Source: Christensenellaceae bacterium (GTDB lineage: Bacteria > Bacillota > Clostridia > Christensenellales > Borkfalkiaceae). Taken from it: a DNA stretch of 47,157 bases. Each line of letters starts with the position of its first letter. Position 1 is the first letter of the stretch. Shown here in pieces: positions 1 to 8,282 of the stretch. Location: positions 1-47,157 of the forward strand of contig JAEDMA010000001.1 in the NCBI GenBank assembly GCA_016295005.1, given 5' to 3'. The notes below the pieces were generated by a model. That model did no database searches, had not been told where the DNA came from, and worked only from the letters and a program-made list of their open reading frames with translations. The position numbers and the translations under genes are program-made.

Positions 1-1851
1 GCTTTAACTGCTTCTATCCAAGCGGTACAATTAGTGAGAGCCGTTTTAACCGCGCTTTGAACTTCGTTAAACTGCGGGAGATAAGCAATGGCGTTATATA
101 CGGCTATCGCATTTTCTTTCGCGTTATAAACCATAGCGCTTACGGTCTGGAACTTACCGATAATGGGGTCAACCAAAATCTGATCGGGATTGAGGTTATA
201 CATGCCGTAGAGTTCAAGTATAGCGTTATTGATTTCGTCGGCTTTTGCCTGAACGTCCGCTTTACATTTATCAAACCAAATCATTAAGTCCTTAAAGTTA
301 TTGACTACTTTATCGTAACCAACGGGTTGATAAGTTTCTTCGGCATAGAAGGTTTCCTCTTCCGTACCGTAATCTGCTTTATTATTATAGAAGTTCAACG
401 CAGCAGCAGCGATTTCGTTTCTCTGCGCTTCGGAAAGTGCCTTATACGTATTCTGCGCGTCGGTATAATCTTTAACAAAGTTTTCGTTGTCCAAACCTTC
501 GTGTCCGATAAATCCGGTGAACGCTCTGACGACGTCTACGATCTGTCTGACGAGTTCGTTCCAGCTGTTTCTCGCGGCAACCAAAGTAGCGTAATTGCTT
601 ACGCAATAGGTTCCTTCGCCGGCAGCGTATACGGCTCTGTCGTTTACTTTTACGTCGTTATCCAACGCTTCGAACAAACCTTCCGCTTCAACGATTTTTG
701 CTTTAACAGAAACATCGTATACAACTTCGCCGATAGCAGAGATTTTGCCTACCAAAGTAGCGATAGCAGCATCGGTAGCGTCGAGGTGAGTTCTCTTTTC
801 GGTTAATGCGGAATAGTTGCTTACAGCGCCTTTGAGGTCGTTTTTGCCTGCTTTAACTCCGCTGCCATCTAATGCATCATATGCTGCTTCAGCCGCTTCG
901 ATTTGCGCTCTGATGGTTACCCATTTTTCAGCGTTTTCGCCGGTGGTAAGAGCGGTGATAGCGTCGATAACAGCCTGATATCTGGCTTTCTGAGCACTAA
1001 CACCTGTCTTTGCAGCTTCATATAAAGCTTCGTAATCCAAACCGCCGTCGAAAGTGCTTCCGTCGGTGCTGGTGCCTTTCACGTATTGCATATCTGCTTC
1101 GGCAATTTTAGCCATAGCGGTTTCGATAGCAGCAAAACTGTCTTCAGTACCTAAAACGTATTCGATTACGTCTACGGGATCGGCTGTGGTGTTGCAATCT
1201 TTCCACGCTTTGTATTCGCTGGTCGTAACGTTCCAGACGTTGATGGCTTTAACTGCCTCGATAACATCGTTTATGTTGTTTTTTAACAAAGCGATTTTCG
1301 CTTCTGCCGCAACAAGGTTATCGGTTCCGTTTTCGGAACAAATGTCAAAGCAAGTCTTCTCTTCTGCACTTAAAGCTTCATAGTCCGTTCTTACTTTAAC
1401 GACCTTTGTCCAAAGAGAATAAGTAGCGTAATTCGTTTTATAAGCAACGTCATACATTTCGGACGCATTAGCGTTCAAAACGTTTAATACATTCTTATAT
1501 TCGGTATAGATCTTATCGTATTTCGCTTTCGCTTCCAAATATTCGGGTCTGGTTATGTATTCTTTCCCCGGGATTTTACTGAGCATTAAGTTTGCATCGT
1601 AAACTTTCTTGGAAATGTCCTGGGTGAAAGATGCCCGAAGAGCAGCGACGTTTATATTGCCGTCCTCGTCAACAACGTAATAACCCGCACTGACAAATGC
1701 TTCGACGTCGGCTATGAATTTTGTTTCGTATTCGGAAGCACCGGGATCTTCAGCTTTGGCAAACGTGAAATTCATCGTTAATCCGAAGCAGACAAGCGCC
1801 AATACGAACAACGTAGCAGTCATCAAGCATTTCTTGATTGTCTTTGTCATG
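1..1851 (-). CDS. Secreted alpha-helical protein of unknown function. The N-terminal 617 codons are present and the 3' end lies beyond the window edge.
   Basis: Minus-strand ATG at 1849-1851 with AGGAG (plus 1861-1865) 9 nt upstream. My hand translation reads MTKTIKKCLMTATLFVLALVCFGLTMNFTFAKAEDPGASEYETKF..., which is a signal peptide, and stays open to position 1. It is not in the supplied track because no stop lies in the window. The composition is Ala/Glu/Lys/Tyr-rich and helical, with no catalytic motif recognised. Confidence 0.75.
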
Positions 1852-1955
1852 TTCTTGATCTCCTATAATTAAAATTTCTTCTTAACTCAGCCAAACAAGT
1901 TTCGCCTACTACCTGCGGATAGTCGCTCACCCTATCGAGCCTCATTTTTAGTATT

Positions 1956-1984
1956 ATTATACAAGTAAAAATATGTATTGTCAA
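1956..1984 (-). promoter_or_regulatory. Sigma-A type promoter with perfect consensus, for the secreted protein gene
   Basis: The minus strand reads TTGACA (1979-1984), a 17-nt spacer, then TATAAT (1956-1961), about 100 nt upstream of the ATG at 1851. Confidence 0.7.
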
Positions 1985-2182
1985 CAAAAATTCCGAAAAT
2001 TAAAAAAAATTTTGTTGGAAATATAAGTAAATACGTCGTTTTTTGTTTTTTATTACGCCAGCCCGTTTACAGGGGTGTTTCGTAGAGTTTTTCTCTTTAT
2101 ATATTCTTTATATATTATGTTTAAGATTTCGCCGTAGCAAAAACTTTTTGCCGTGGCGTTTTTATCTCTTTCCGTTTGGATT

Positions 2183-3559
2183 TTATTCGGTTAAAGGATT
2201 CGTCGGTTCCGTTTCGGCTTGTTTTATTATCTTTTTTATAAGCACTTCGTATATAACAAGGTGCATTAACACGGTTATTATCCAGGAAATCGGGTACGAT
2301 AAGTACACCGTTTCGATTTTGTACCATATAGGAACCGCTATCTGCAACCAGACTATTCTTATCACGCAACTGCCGAAAAAGGTTACAGCCATTGCCGTTA
2401 CCGATTTACCTAATCCCCTTATTACGTTGCTCAATTCGCCCATAAGTCCGCACAAAAAGTAGGTGGACAACAATATTACCAGCCGGTTTCTCGCAATTGC
2501 CGCCACTTCCGCGCTTTTAGTCAGTTTCGGGTACAGCAGTTCCGCTACTCCGAAAAGCATCGCTCCGAATACCACGCCGATTCCTACTATTACCAGCGCG
2601 CCTGCCCGCACGACTTTCTTTATTCTGTCGAATTTGCCCGCGCCGTTATTCTGTCCGGTAAACGCCAGGCACGAAAGCGAAACGCCGTCCATCGCCTGGA
2701 AAATTATGCCTTCGAACTGCGACGCTATAGCGCCGCCTGCCATCGCGTCTTTTCCGAAGCCGTTTATGTACGACTGTATCATTACGTTGGTTATAGAAAA
2801 TATGCAGCCCTGCAAGCCTGCGGGGATTCCTACTTTTAAGATTTCCGTCAGTTCCGCTTTATATATTCTGATTTTCTTTGCGCTTAAATGTCCGTAGCCT
2901 TTTTGTTTTACGAGAGCGATTATCCCGAGCGCCGCAGAAACTCCTTGCGATACGACCGTCGCTATCGCTACGCCGTCAACGTCCATTCCCGCTGCGGCGA
3001 TAAAAAACACGTTCAAACCTAAATTGATTATGCCTGCCACGATTAAGAACAGAAACGGGCGCAAAGTATCCCCTACGGCGCGAAGAATCGCCGCAACGAA
3101 GTTATATAGCATCATTATCGGCATTCCGATAAAGTATATCCTTAAATATTTCGCCGCAAGGTCGATTACAGCCGCGTCGCACGACATCCATTCTAAAAAG
3201 GTTCTCCCGAACGCTACGCCTATCGCCGCGATTATTATTCCCGCGACTACGCTTATTATTACGGACATTCCGACGATGCGCTCGGATTTTTCCCGATCGC
3301 CGCGCCCTACGCACAACGCCACCGCGACGTTAGCGCCGACAGCCAGCCCGGTAAACAAACCGATTACGAGATTTATGAGCGCGCCGACGCTTCCGACAGC
3401 CGCTACCGCTTCGTCGCCGACCATAAAACCTAACACGAATACGTCTACAGAGTTGAACAATAGTTGCAAAACGTTGGTTCCGACAAGCGGCAACGCGTAT
3501 ATTATCAAACTTCTGAAAATATTTCCGTTTAACAAATCTACCTGATATTTCTTCGCCAT
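2183..3559 (-). CDS. MATE family efflux transporter
   Basis: 458 aa with about 12 hydrophobic segments. The N-terminus MAKKYQVDLLNGNIFRSLIIYALPLVGTNVLQLLFNSVD is typical of NorM/MatE proteins. Confidence 0.9.
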   Translation of the reverse strand: MAKKYQVDLLNGNIFRSLIIYALPLVGTNVLQLLFNSVDVFVLGFMVGDEAVAAVGSVGALINLVIGLFTGLAVGANVAVALCVGRGDREKSERIVGMSVIISVVAGIIIAAIGVAFGRTFLEWMSCDAAVIDLAAKYLRIYFIGMPIMMLYNFVAAILRAVGDTLRPFLFLIVAGIINLGLNVFFIAAAGMDVDGVAIATVVSQGVSAALGIIALVKQKGYGHLSAKKIRIYKAELTEILKVGIPAGLQGCIFSITNVMIQSYINGFGKDAMAGGAIASQFEGIIFQAMDGVSLSCLAFTGQNNGAGKFDRIKKVVRAGALVIVGIGVVFGAMLFGVAELLYPKLTKSAEVAAIARNRLVILLSTYFLCGLMGELSNVIRGLGKSVTAMAVTFFGSCVIRIVWLQIAVPIWYKIETVYLSYPISWIITVLMHLVIYEVLIKKIIKQAETEPTNPLTE

Positions 3560-3596
3560 TTCTTCTCCGAATATCTTTTTTGTTTTCAGCCTATTG

Positions 3597-3625
3597 ATTA
3601 TATATCTTATTCTTTTTTATGGCAA
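3597..3625 (-). promoter_or_regulatory. Promoter of the MATE gene
   Basis: The minus strand reads TTGCCA (3620-3625), a 17-nt spacer, then TATAAT (3597-3602), about 40 nt upstream of the ATG at 3559. Confidence 0.6.
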
Positions 3626-3947
3626 CCGTTTTACGCCTCTTTACGAAACAATGTATAACCGATTTTCGGTGGCGCGAAATTTTGTCGTCGTCGGGTCGGC
3701 GGGGTATGACGATAACCCATGCGGCGGCGGTTTTTTGGGAGTGTGGGCGAATAGACGGATTTACGAACGGCGCGGCCGGTAACTATTTGGGTTGGGTCAT
3801 GGGCAGCGCGACAGAGCGGCGACGGCGACGATTTGGAATAAAGTTTGTGGTTGCGGCGTGGGCGATTTCGGGCAACGATTGAGCGGCGGCGAGCGAAAAG
3901 GGGTTAAAAGCGCGGCGAACAAGCCGCCACGGAAATAAGGCGTAATT

Positions 3948-3979
3948 ATACCGCCGCGGCGATTTTGCCGCGGCGGTAT
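3948..3979 (-). terminator. Strong GC hairpin downstream of the GNAT gene
   Basis: Perfect 13-bp stem ATACCGCCGCGGC / GCCGCGGCGGTAT with a 6-nt loop, starting 11 nt after the stop at 3990. The U-tract is weak on both strands. Confidence 0.6.
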
Positions 3980-3989
3980 TCGGTTTCGG

Positions 3990-4601
3990 TTACACGAGTT
4001 GACCCGTTAACTTCAGTTTTTGTCTGGGCGGAAACTTTTTATCGAATTCTTCCGCTTCCTTTTCGTCTACGAAATAGGTTTCGGGGTCGGTATACGTTCC
4101 TTTTACTTTTCCGAAAAAACCGCTTTCCAGTTCTTTAACCAAAAAATAATCCGCTTCGGGGTCGTCCTTATAAGTTATACCTACGGTTTTCCCCAAAACA
4201 AACCCGAAATGTTTATACAGTTCGTATCTGCCGGTTATGCAAAGGCATCTTATTCCGCGCGCTTGTGCCATTTCCATAGACTTTCTTAAAAGGGCGCCGC
4301 CGTACCCTTTACCCTTATATTCGGGCAAGACTCCGTACGGGCCGAACGTAGCAACCTTTACTTTTCCCGTTTCCGTTTCGATATAACTATCCGCATACAT
4401 TACGTGACCCACGATTTTGCCGTCCGTTTCTATTACCAGATCAAGGTCTTTTATAAACCCTTCGGCGTTTCTGTATAAATGAAGCACGTAATGTTCCAGC
4501 GCGCCCGGACGATAAACGTTCCAGAACGCTTCCCTTTCTAAATTTTCTGTCTCCTCGTATTCCTTTTCCGTTTCCAAACGAATGATATAGTCTTTTTTCA
4601 T
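3990..4601 (-). CDS. GNAT family N-acetyltransferase
   Basis: 203 aa. The acetyl-CoA binding region VLPEYKGKGYGGALLRKSMEMAQARG matches the R/Q-x-x-G-x-G/A type. SD GGAGA lies 6 nt before the ATG. Confidence 0.85.
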   Translation of the reverse strand: MKKDYIIRLETEKEYEETENLEREAFWNVYRPGALEHYVLHLYRNAEGFIKDLDLVIETDGKIVGHVMYADSYIETETGKVKVATFGPYGVLPEYKGKGYGGALLRKSMEMAQARGIRCLCITGRYELYKHFGFVLGKTVGITYKDDPEADYFLVKELESGFFGKVKGTYTDPETYFVDEKEAEEFDKKFPPRQKLKLTGQLV

Positions 4602-4632
4602 TTTTATCTCCTGAAAATTTAACCTTTACTAC

Positions 4633-4708
4633 AAAAGGGAGGTTAAGACTGTATTTTTTTAACCTCCCTCGGTTAAAACACAATCTCCGTTTTTCCGTCT
4701 TTAATCAA
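4633..4708 (-). promoter_or_regulatory. Leader of the GNAT gene: an 11-codon upstream ORF followed by an intrinsic terminator hairpin
   Basis: On the minus strand, AGGAGAG is followed 6 nt later by TTG ATT AAA GAC GGA AAA ACG GAG ATT GTG TTT TAA (4708-4673). Four nt later comes the stem GGGAGGTTAA (4668-4659) / TTAACCTCCC (4646-4637), then TTTT (4636-4633). The GNAT SD and ATG follow. Confidence 0.45.
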
Positions 4709-4739
4709 AAAGCACTCTCCTGAAATATAATTTTGCTTT

Positions 4740-4768
4740 ATTTTACTCCCCTTTACTTTATTTGTCAA
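4740..4768 (-). promoter_or_regulatory. Promoter driving the GNAT leader
   Basis: The minus strand reads TTGACA (4763-4768), a 17-nt spacer, then TAAAAT (4740-4745). Confidence 0.6.
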
Positions 4769-4770
4769 CA

Positions 4771-4809
4771 AAAAACGGAAGCCCGCCGTTTGGCAGACTT
4801 CCGTTTTTT
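4771..4809 (-). terminator. Intrinsic terminator of the feo operon (bidirectional shape)
   Basis: Stem ACGGAAG / CTTCCGT is flanked by an A-run on one side and a T-run on the other (AAAAAACGGAAG...CTTCCGTTTTTT). It lies 28 nt after the stop of the Cys-rich small gene. Confidence 0.8.
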
Positions 4810-4836
4810 CTTAAATATTTATAGGAGTTAAAACAC

Positions 4837-5004
4837 TTACTTCTTTTTTTCGTTTCGGGAGTACGCGCAACCTCTGCAGCGCGAGCAATCTCCGCCGCAA
4901 TCACAGGAACTTTTACCCTGCTTCTTTCTTATTACAGAAGCAGCGGCAACGCCGATTACTATCAAAGCACAGACGGCTATCAAAATTATTTCAGGTACGC
5001 CCAT
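4837..5004 (-). CDS. FeoB-associated Cys-rich small membrane protein (55 aa)
   Basis: Not in the ORF track because it is under 60 aa. Hand translation: MGVPEIILIAVCALIVIGVAAASVIRKKQGKSSCDCGGDCSRCRGCAYSRNEKKK. That is one TM helix plus a Cys cluster. It sits 23 nt downstream of feoB with SD GGAGA upstream, and the architecture fits the FeoB-associated Cys-rich family. Confidence 0.8.
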   Translation of the reverse strand: MGVPEIILIAVCALIVIGVAAASVIRKKQGKSSCDCGGDCSRCRGCAYSRNEKKK

Positions 5005-5027
5005 ATTTGTATCTCCTTTTATATTCG

Positions 5028-7523
5028 TTAAGATTTCTTTTTGAACATTCCTTTATTTATCATTACGATTACGGTAACGACCGCAGCGGCAACTACCGCC
5101 CAGACGAACGCCGTCCACCACCACGAACCTATGGTATAAACCAGAGTCGCCACAACATAAGAAGTTGCTATCCAGAAAAGAAGAGTCCATTTATAACGGT
5201 TATTGTTTTGCAATTCTGCTTTTGCGGTAGCAACTGCGGCAAAGCAAGGAATAGTCGTCATATTAAATGCTATAAACGCTATCAATGCGGCAGGCGTAAT
5301 GTTGGTTGCGATTATCATCGCTTTTACCGCGCCGATACCGGCTTCTGCCGAAACGTTACACATAGCAAGGTCACTCGCTACTCCGGCAAGAGAAGAGCCT
5401 TCCGTTCCCGCAGCCGCAAGCAAGCATGCGCCGAGAGTTCCGAACGACGCGATGACGTTTTCTTTCGCGATAAGACCGCTGACGGCAGCAAGCACGAACA
5501 CCCAGCCGTATTCGCCGAGTTGACTGCCGAATCCGAGCGGCGTGAACAAGGGCTGTACGAGTTTTGATACGCTTGCTAAAATACTGTTGTTGATTTCTTC
5601 GTCGCCGAGTAAGCGCCATGCGAAATCGAAGTGAGTAAGTACCCAGATTACGATTGTCGAAGCAAGAATGATGGTGAACGCCTTTTTAACGAAGTGTTTC
5701 GTTTTATCCCAAAGGTGAGCCATAAGATTCTTGAACTGCGGCATATGATAGGAAGGAAGTTCCATAATGAACGGAGGAGTTTCCCCTTTAAGAGAAGTGC
5801 TTCTCATTAAAAGTACGGAAACTATCGCCGTTATTATACCGAGCAGATACATAGAATACGTTATTACGTCCGCGCTCATACCCGTTCCCATTACCAACGC
5901 GCCGGCAACAGCGGTAAGTATAGGTAATTTTGCGCCGCAAGAGAAGAAAGGTATTACTCTGACGGTAGCCGTTCTTTCTTTTTCGTCGGCAAGCGTTCTC
6001 GTGTTGATCATTGCGGGGACCGAGCAGCCGAAGCCCATTATCATAGGCAGGAAGGCTCTTCCCGAAAGACCGAATTTTCTGAACATTCTGTCGAGAATGA
6101 ACGCGATACGAGCCATATATCCGGAGTCTTCCAAGATAGAAAAGAACATGAACAGAACGAGAATCGGAGGCAGGAAGGAAAGAACCGCCGCCAAGCCTTC
6201 TAATATACCGTCGTTGATAAGACCGGTCGCCCAATCTGCCATACCGATGTTTTCGACGCCCGTCTTTACAAGACCGAACAGGTCGCCGACTATCATGTCG
6301 TTCCAGATATTGTTTATTACTACGCCGGGCGAATAAAGCGTTCCGTCATATATAGTCGCAAGCCATCTTGCGCCGTAGGTGTATACGGGAATTTTTTGTC
6401 CCCAGTACCCGTTTTCGCCTTGTTCCCAGTCGCCGTCTTCTTCGGGTCTGGTAGTTACGTATTTACCTTCGTCGTCGATATAATAGTCGAGAATATAGTT
6501 GCCGTCGTCGTCCTTTTTGTAAACTATATTGCCGTTTTCGTCTTTTTCAAGGAACGCTTCGTTTTCGGCAAGAGAAGGCATCCAAGCCTGACTGTCGTTA
6601 AAACCGTTCAGATAGAAAAAGTTTTCCGAGAAGGTTAAGTGGAAGATAAGGAAAAGTACCACGAGGAATATCGGTATACCCCAAATCTTATGAGTCAAAA
6701 CTTTATCCGCCTTATCGGAAGCGGTCATTTTGACTTTTTCTTTATTCTTACGCTGAATTACCGGAGCGAAGTTTTTGGATATGTATTTATATCTCGCGTC
6801 GGCAACGAGCGCTTCGAAGTCTGCGCCGAAAGTGTCGTTTTTGAAAGTTTTTTTGAACTCCTCTATCATAGGAAGAGTTTCTTTATGCATTCCGACTTCT
6901 ATTTCGTCGTTTTCTACGAGTTTGATTGCGTGGAACAACGGATTTTCGACGTTCTGTCCTTTAAGAGCGATTTTTACGTCCCCGATTAAGTGGGCTACGT
7001 CGGTATCGCCTAAAACCGTGATTCCCTCTCTCGGAGTTTTGCTTACTTTATAAGCTTTCTCCATAAGTTCTTTAAGACCCGTTTCTTTTAACGCGGAAAT
7101 CTTTACGACAGGTACGCCTAATCTCTTTTCCAGTTCCTTTTCGTCGATTTTATCGCCTACTTTTTCTACGGCGTCCATCATGTTGAGAGCGACTACCATA
7201 GGTACGTCGATTTCCATTATCTGCGTGGTAAGATAAAGGTTACGTTCTAAGTTGGTAGCGTCTACGATATTGATTACGCAGTCGGGTTTTTCGTCTAAGA
7301 TATAATTTCTCGCGATAACTTCCTCGGGAGTGTATGGGGATAACGAATAAATACCCGGCAAATCGACTATAGCGACTTGTTCGGGGAGTCTTTTATATAC
7401 GCCGTCTCTTTTATCTACCGTTACTCCCGGCCAGTTGCCTACGTGAGCGGTAGAACCCGTTAAACTGTTGAAGAGCGTCGTCTTTCCGCAGTTAGGGTTA
7501 CCCGCCAAAGCAAATCTGTTCAT
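5028..7523 (-). CDS. feoB: Ferrous iron transporter FeoB (831 aa, with an enlarged first extracytoplasmic loop)
   Basis: N-terminal G-domain GNPNCGKTTLFN, DLPGIYSL and NMMD, followed by a polytopic permease with the motif EDSGYMARIAF. The ATG overlaps the feoA stop (ATGA at 7523). Confidence 0.95.
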   Translation of the reverse strand: MNRFALAGNPNCGKTTLFNSLTGSTAHVGNWPGVTVDKRDGVYKRLPEQVAIVDLPGIYSLSPYTPEEVIARNYILDEKPDCVINIVDATNLERNLYLTTQIMEIDVPMVVALNMMDAVEKVGDKIDEKELEKRLGVPVVKISALKETGLKELMEKAYKVSKTPREGITVLGDTDVAHLIGDVKIALKGQNVENPLFHAIKLVENDEIEVGMHKETLPMIEEFKKTFKNDTFGADFEALVADARYKYISKNFAPVIQRKNKEKVKMTASDKADKVLTHKIWGIPIFLVVLFLIFHLTFSENFFYLNGFNDSQAWMPSLAENEAFLEKDENGNIVYKKDDDGNYILDYYIDDEGKYVTTRPEEDGDWEQGENGYWGQKIPVYTYGARWLATIYDGTLYSPGVVINNIWNDMIVGDLFGLVKTGVENIGMADWATGLINDGILEGLAAVLSFLPPILVLFMFFSILEDSGYMARIAFILDRMFRKFGLSGRAFLPMIMGFGCSVPAMINTRTLADEKERTATVRVIPFFSCGAKLPILTAVAGALVMGTGMSADVITYSMYLLGIITAIVSVLLMRSTSLKGETPPFIMELPSYHMPQFKNLMAHLWDKTKHFVKKAFTIILASTIVIWVLTHFDFAWRLLGDEEINNSILASVSKLVQPLFTPLGFGSQLGEYGWVFVLAAVSGLIAKENVIASFGTLGACLLAAAGTEGSSLAGVASDLAMCNVSAEAGIGAVKAMIIATNITPAALIAFIAFNMTTIPCFAAVATAKAELQNNNRYKWTLLFWIATSYVVATLVYTIGSWWWTAFVWAVVAAAVVTVIVMINKGMFKKKS

Positions 7524-7756
7524 CAGCCTTTAACCTCCGTCTTTACGCATTCCGCTTCGGTTTTACGGAGCGTGAGTTCATAGCCCCTGACGGTGATTTC
7601 GATAGGATCTCCCAAAGGCGCTTTCTTTCTCATATAAACTTCTGCGCCCGGAGTGATGCCCATATCGAACAAACGTCTTTTAATTTTGCCTTCGCCGATA
7701 ACCGACGTTACTACGCCGCTTTCCCCTATCGAGAACTTATCCAGAGTTTTTTCCAT
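7523..7756 (-). CDS. feoA: FeoA family protein
   Basis: 77 aa SH3-like FeoA (GESGVVTSVIGEGKIKRRLFDMGITPGAEV), translationally coupled to feoB. Confidence 0.9.
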   Translation of the reverse strand: MEKTLDKFSIGESGVVTSVIGEGKIKRRLFDMGITPGAEVYMRKKAPLGDPIEITVRGYELTLRKTEAECVKTEVKG

Positions 7757-7794
7757 ATATATTCTCCTTAATAATTTATAATCGTTTCATCGGA

Positions 7795-8007
7795 TTACGC
7801 CACGAATATTTTCGTGGATAATTCTTTATCGAGAGCAATTCTGCCTTCTTTTATCTTGCAAACGACGCTTCCGCCCGAAGCACTTAAAACGGTTATTTCC
7901 CCGTTTACGGTAATCCCCAGACTTTCGAGATGTTTTTTAAGTTTCTCGTCCGCAACAATTCTTACGATTCTTAAATTCTGATTCAATGGCGCTAACACTA
8001 TCGGCAT
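7795..8007 (-). CDS. feoA: FeoA family protein (second copy)
   Basis: 70 aa (LRIVRIVADEKLKKHLESLGITVNGEITV). It is the first gene of the feo operon, with SD AAGGAG upstream. Confidence 0.85.
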   Translation of the reverse strand: MPIVLAPLNQNLRIVRIVADEKLKKHLESLGITVNGEITVLSASGGSVVCKIKEGRIALDKELSTKIFVA

Positions 8008-8056
8008 CTTTCGTTCTCCTTTTTCCGACTATTCATATTACGCGATTTTTACCACA

Positions 8057-8143
8057 AATATGAATAATCTTTCATATTCGTGTATTATATTAGCACCCGT
8101 AAAAAATCTTGTCAAGCAAAAATATGAACCCTTTTTCATATTT
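8057..8143 (-). promoter_or_regulatory. feo promoter bracketed by two perfect palindromic operators
   Basis: The promoter reads TTGACA (8110-8115), a 17-nt spacer, then TAATAT (8087-8092). Operator O1 (8120-8143) is AAATATGAA-cccttt-TTCATATTT. Operator O2 (8057-8078) is AATATGAA-taatct-TTCATATT and overlaps the predicted +1. The centres are 64 bp apart. An extra half-site TTCATATT sits at 8032-8039. Confidence 0.6.
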
Positions 8144-8174
8144 CGATATATTTTTTTACCTTTCTTTTTCCGGT

Positions 8175-8217
8175 AAAAACCCTGCTCCTCGGCGAGTTCG
8201 CCGAGGAGCAGGGTTTT
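8175..8217 (-). terminator. Strong bidirectional intrinsic terminator after the ABC permease gene
   Basis: AAAAACCCTGCTCCTCGGCGA-gt-TCGCCGAGGAGCAGGGTTTT, a stem of about 18 bp flanked by A and T runs. Confidence 0.85.
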
Positions 8218-8282
8218 ATATAAAACATACAATGTTAAAACGACCGTCTTTAGTAGGTTTACCGTCTTTAGGAGGTTTTCTC

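Noticed and set aside
3619-3882. 87-aa plus-strand ORF in the GC-rich spacer
   Set aside because: It has no SD. The translation is Gly/Arg/Ala-rich and is driven by the G-rich composition. An overlapping ORF in another frame looks equally non-coding. I treated the region as non-coding; see the compositional finding.
8057-8143. Reading the feo operators as canonical Fur boxes
   Set aside because: The repeat AATATGAA-N6-TTCATATT does not align with the 19-bp Fur consensus, or with the PerR, Zur or DtxR boxes, as I recall them. I left the regulator unassigned rather than calling it Fur.
8243-8278. 18-bp direct tandem repeat (ACCGTCTTTAGTAGGTTT / ACCGTCTTTAGGAGGTTT) just after the ABC permease stop
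   Set aside because: The repeat is real, with one mismatch. It lies between a stop codon and a strong terminator and has no ORF, promoter or pairing partner. I could not attach a function, and it is probably a slippage duplication.
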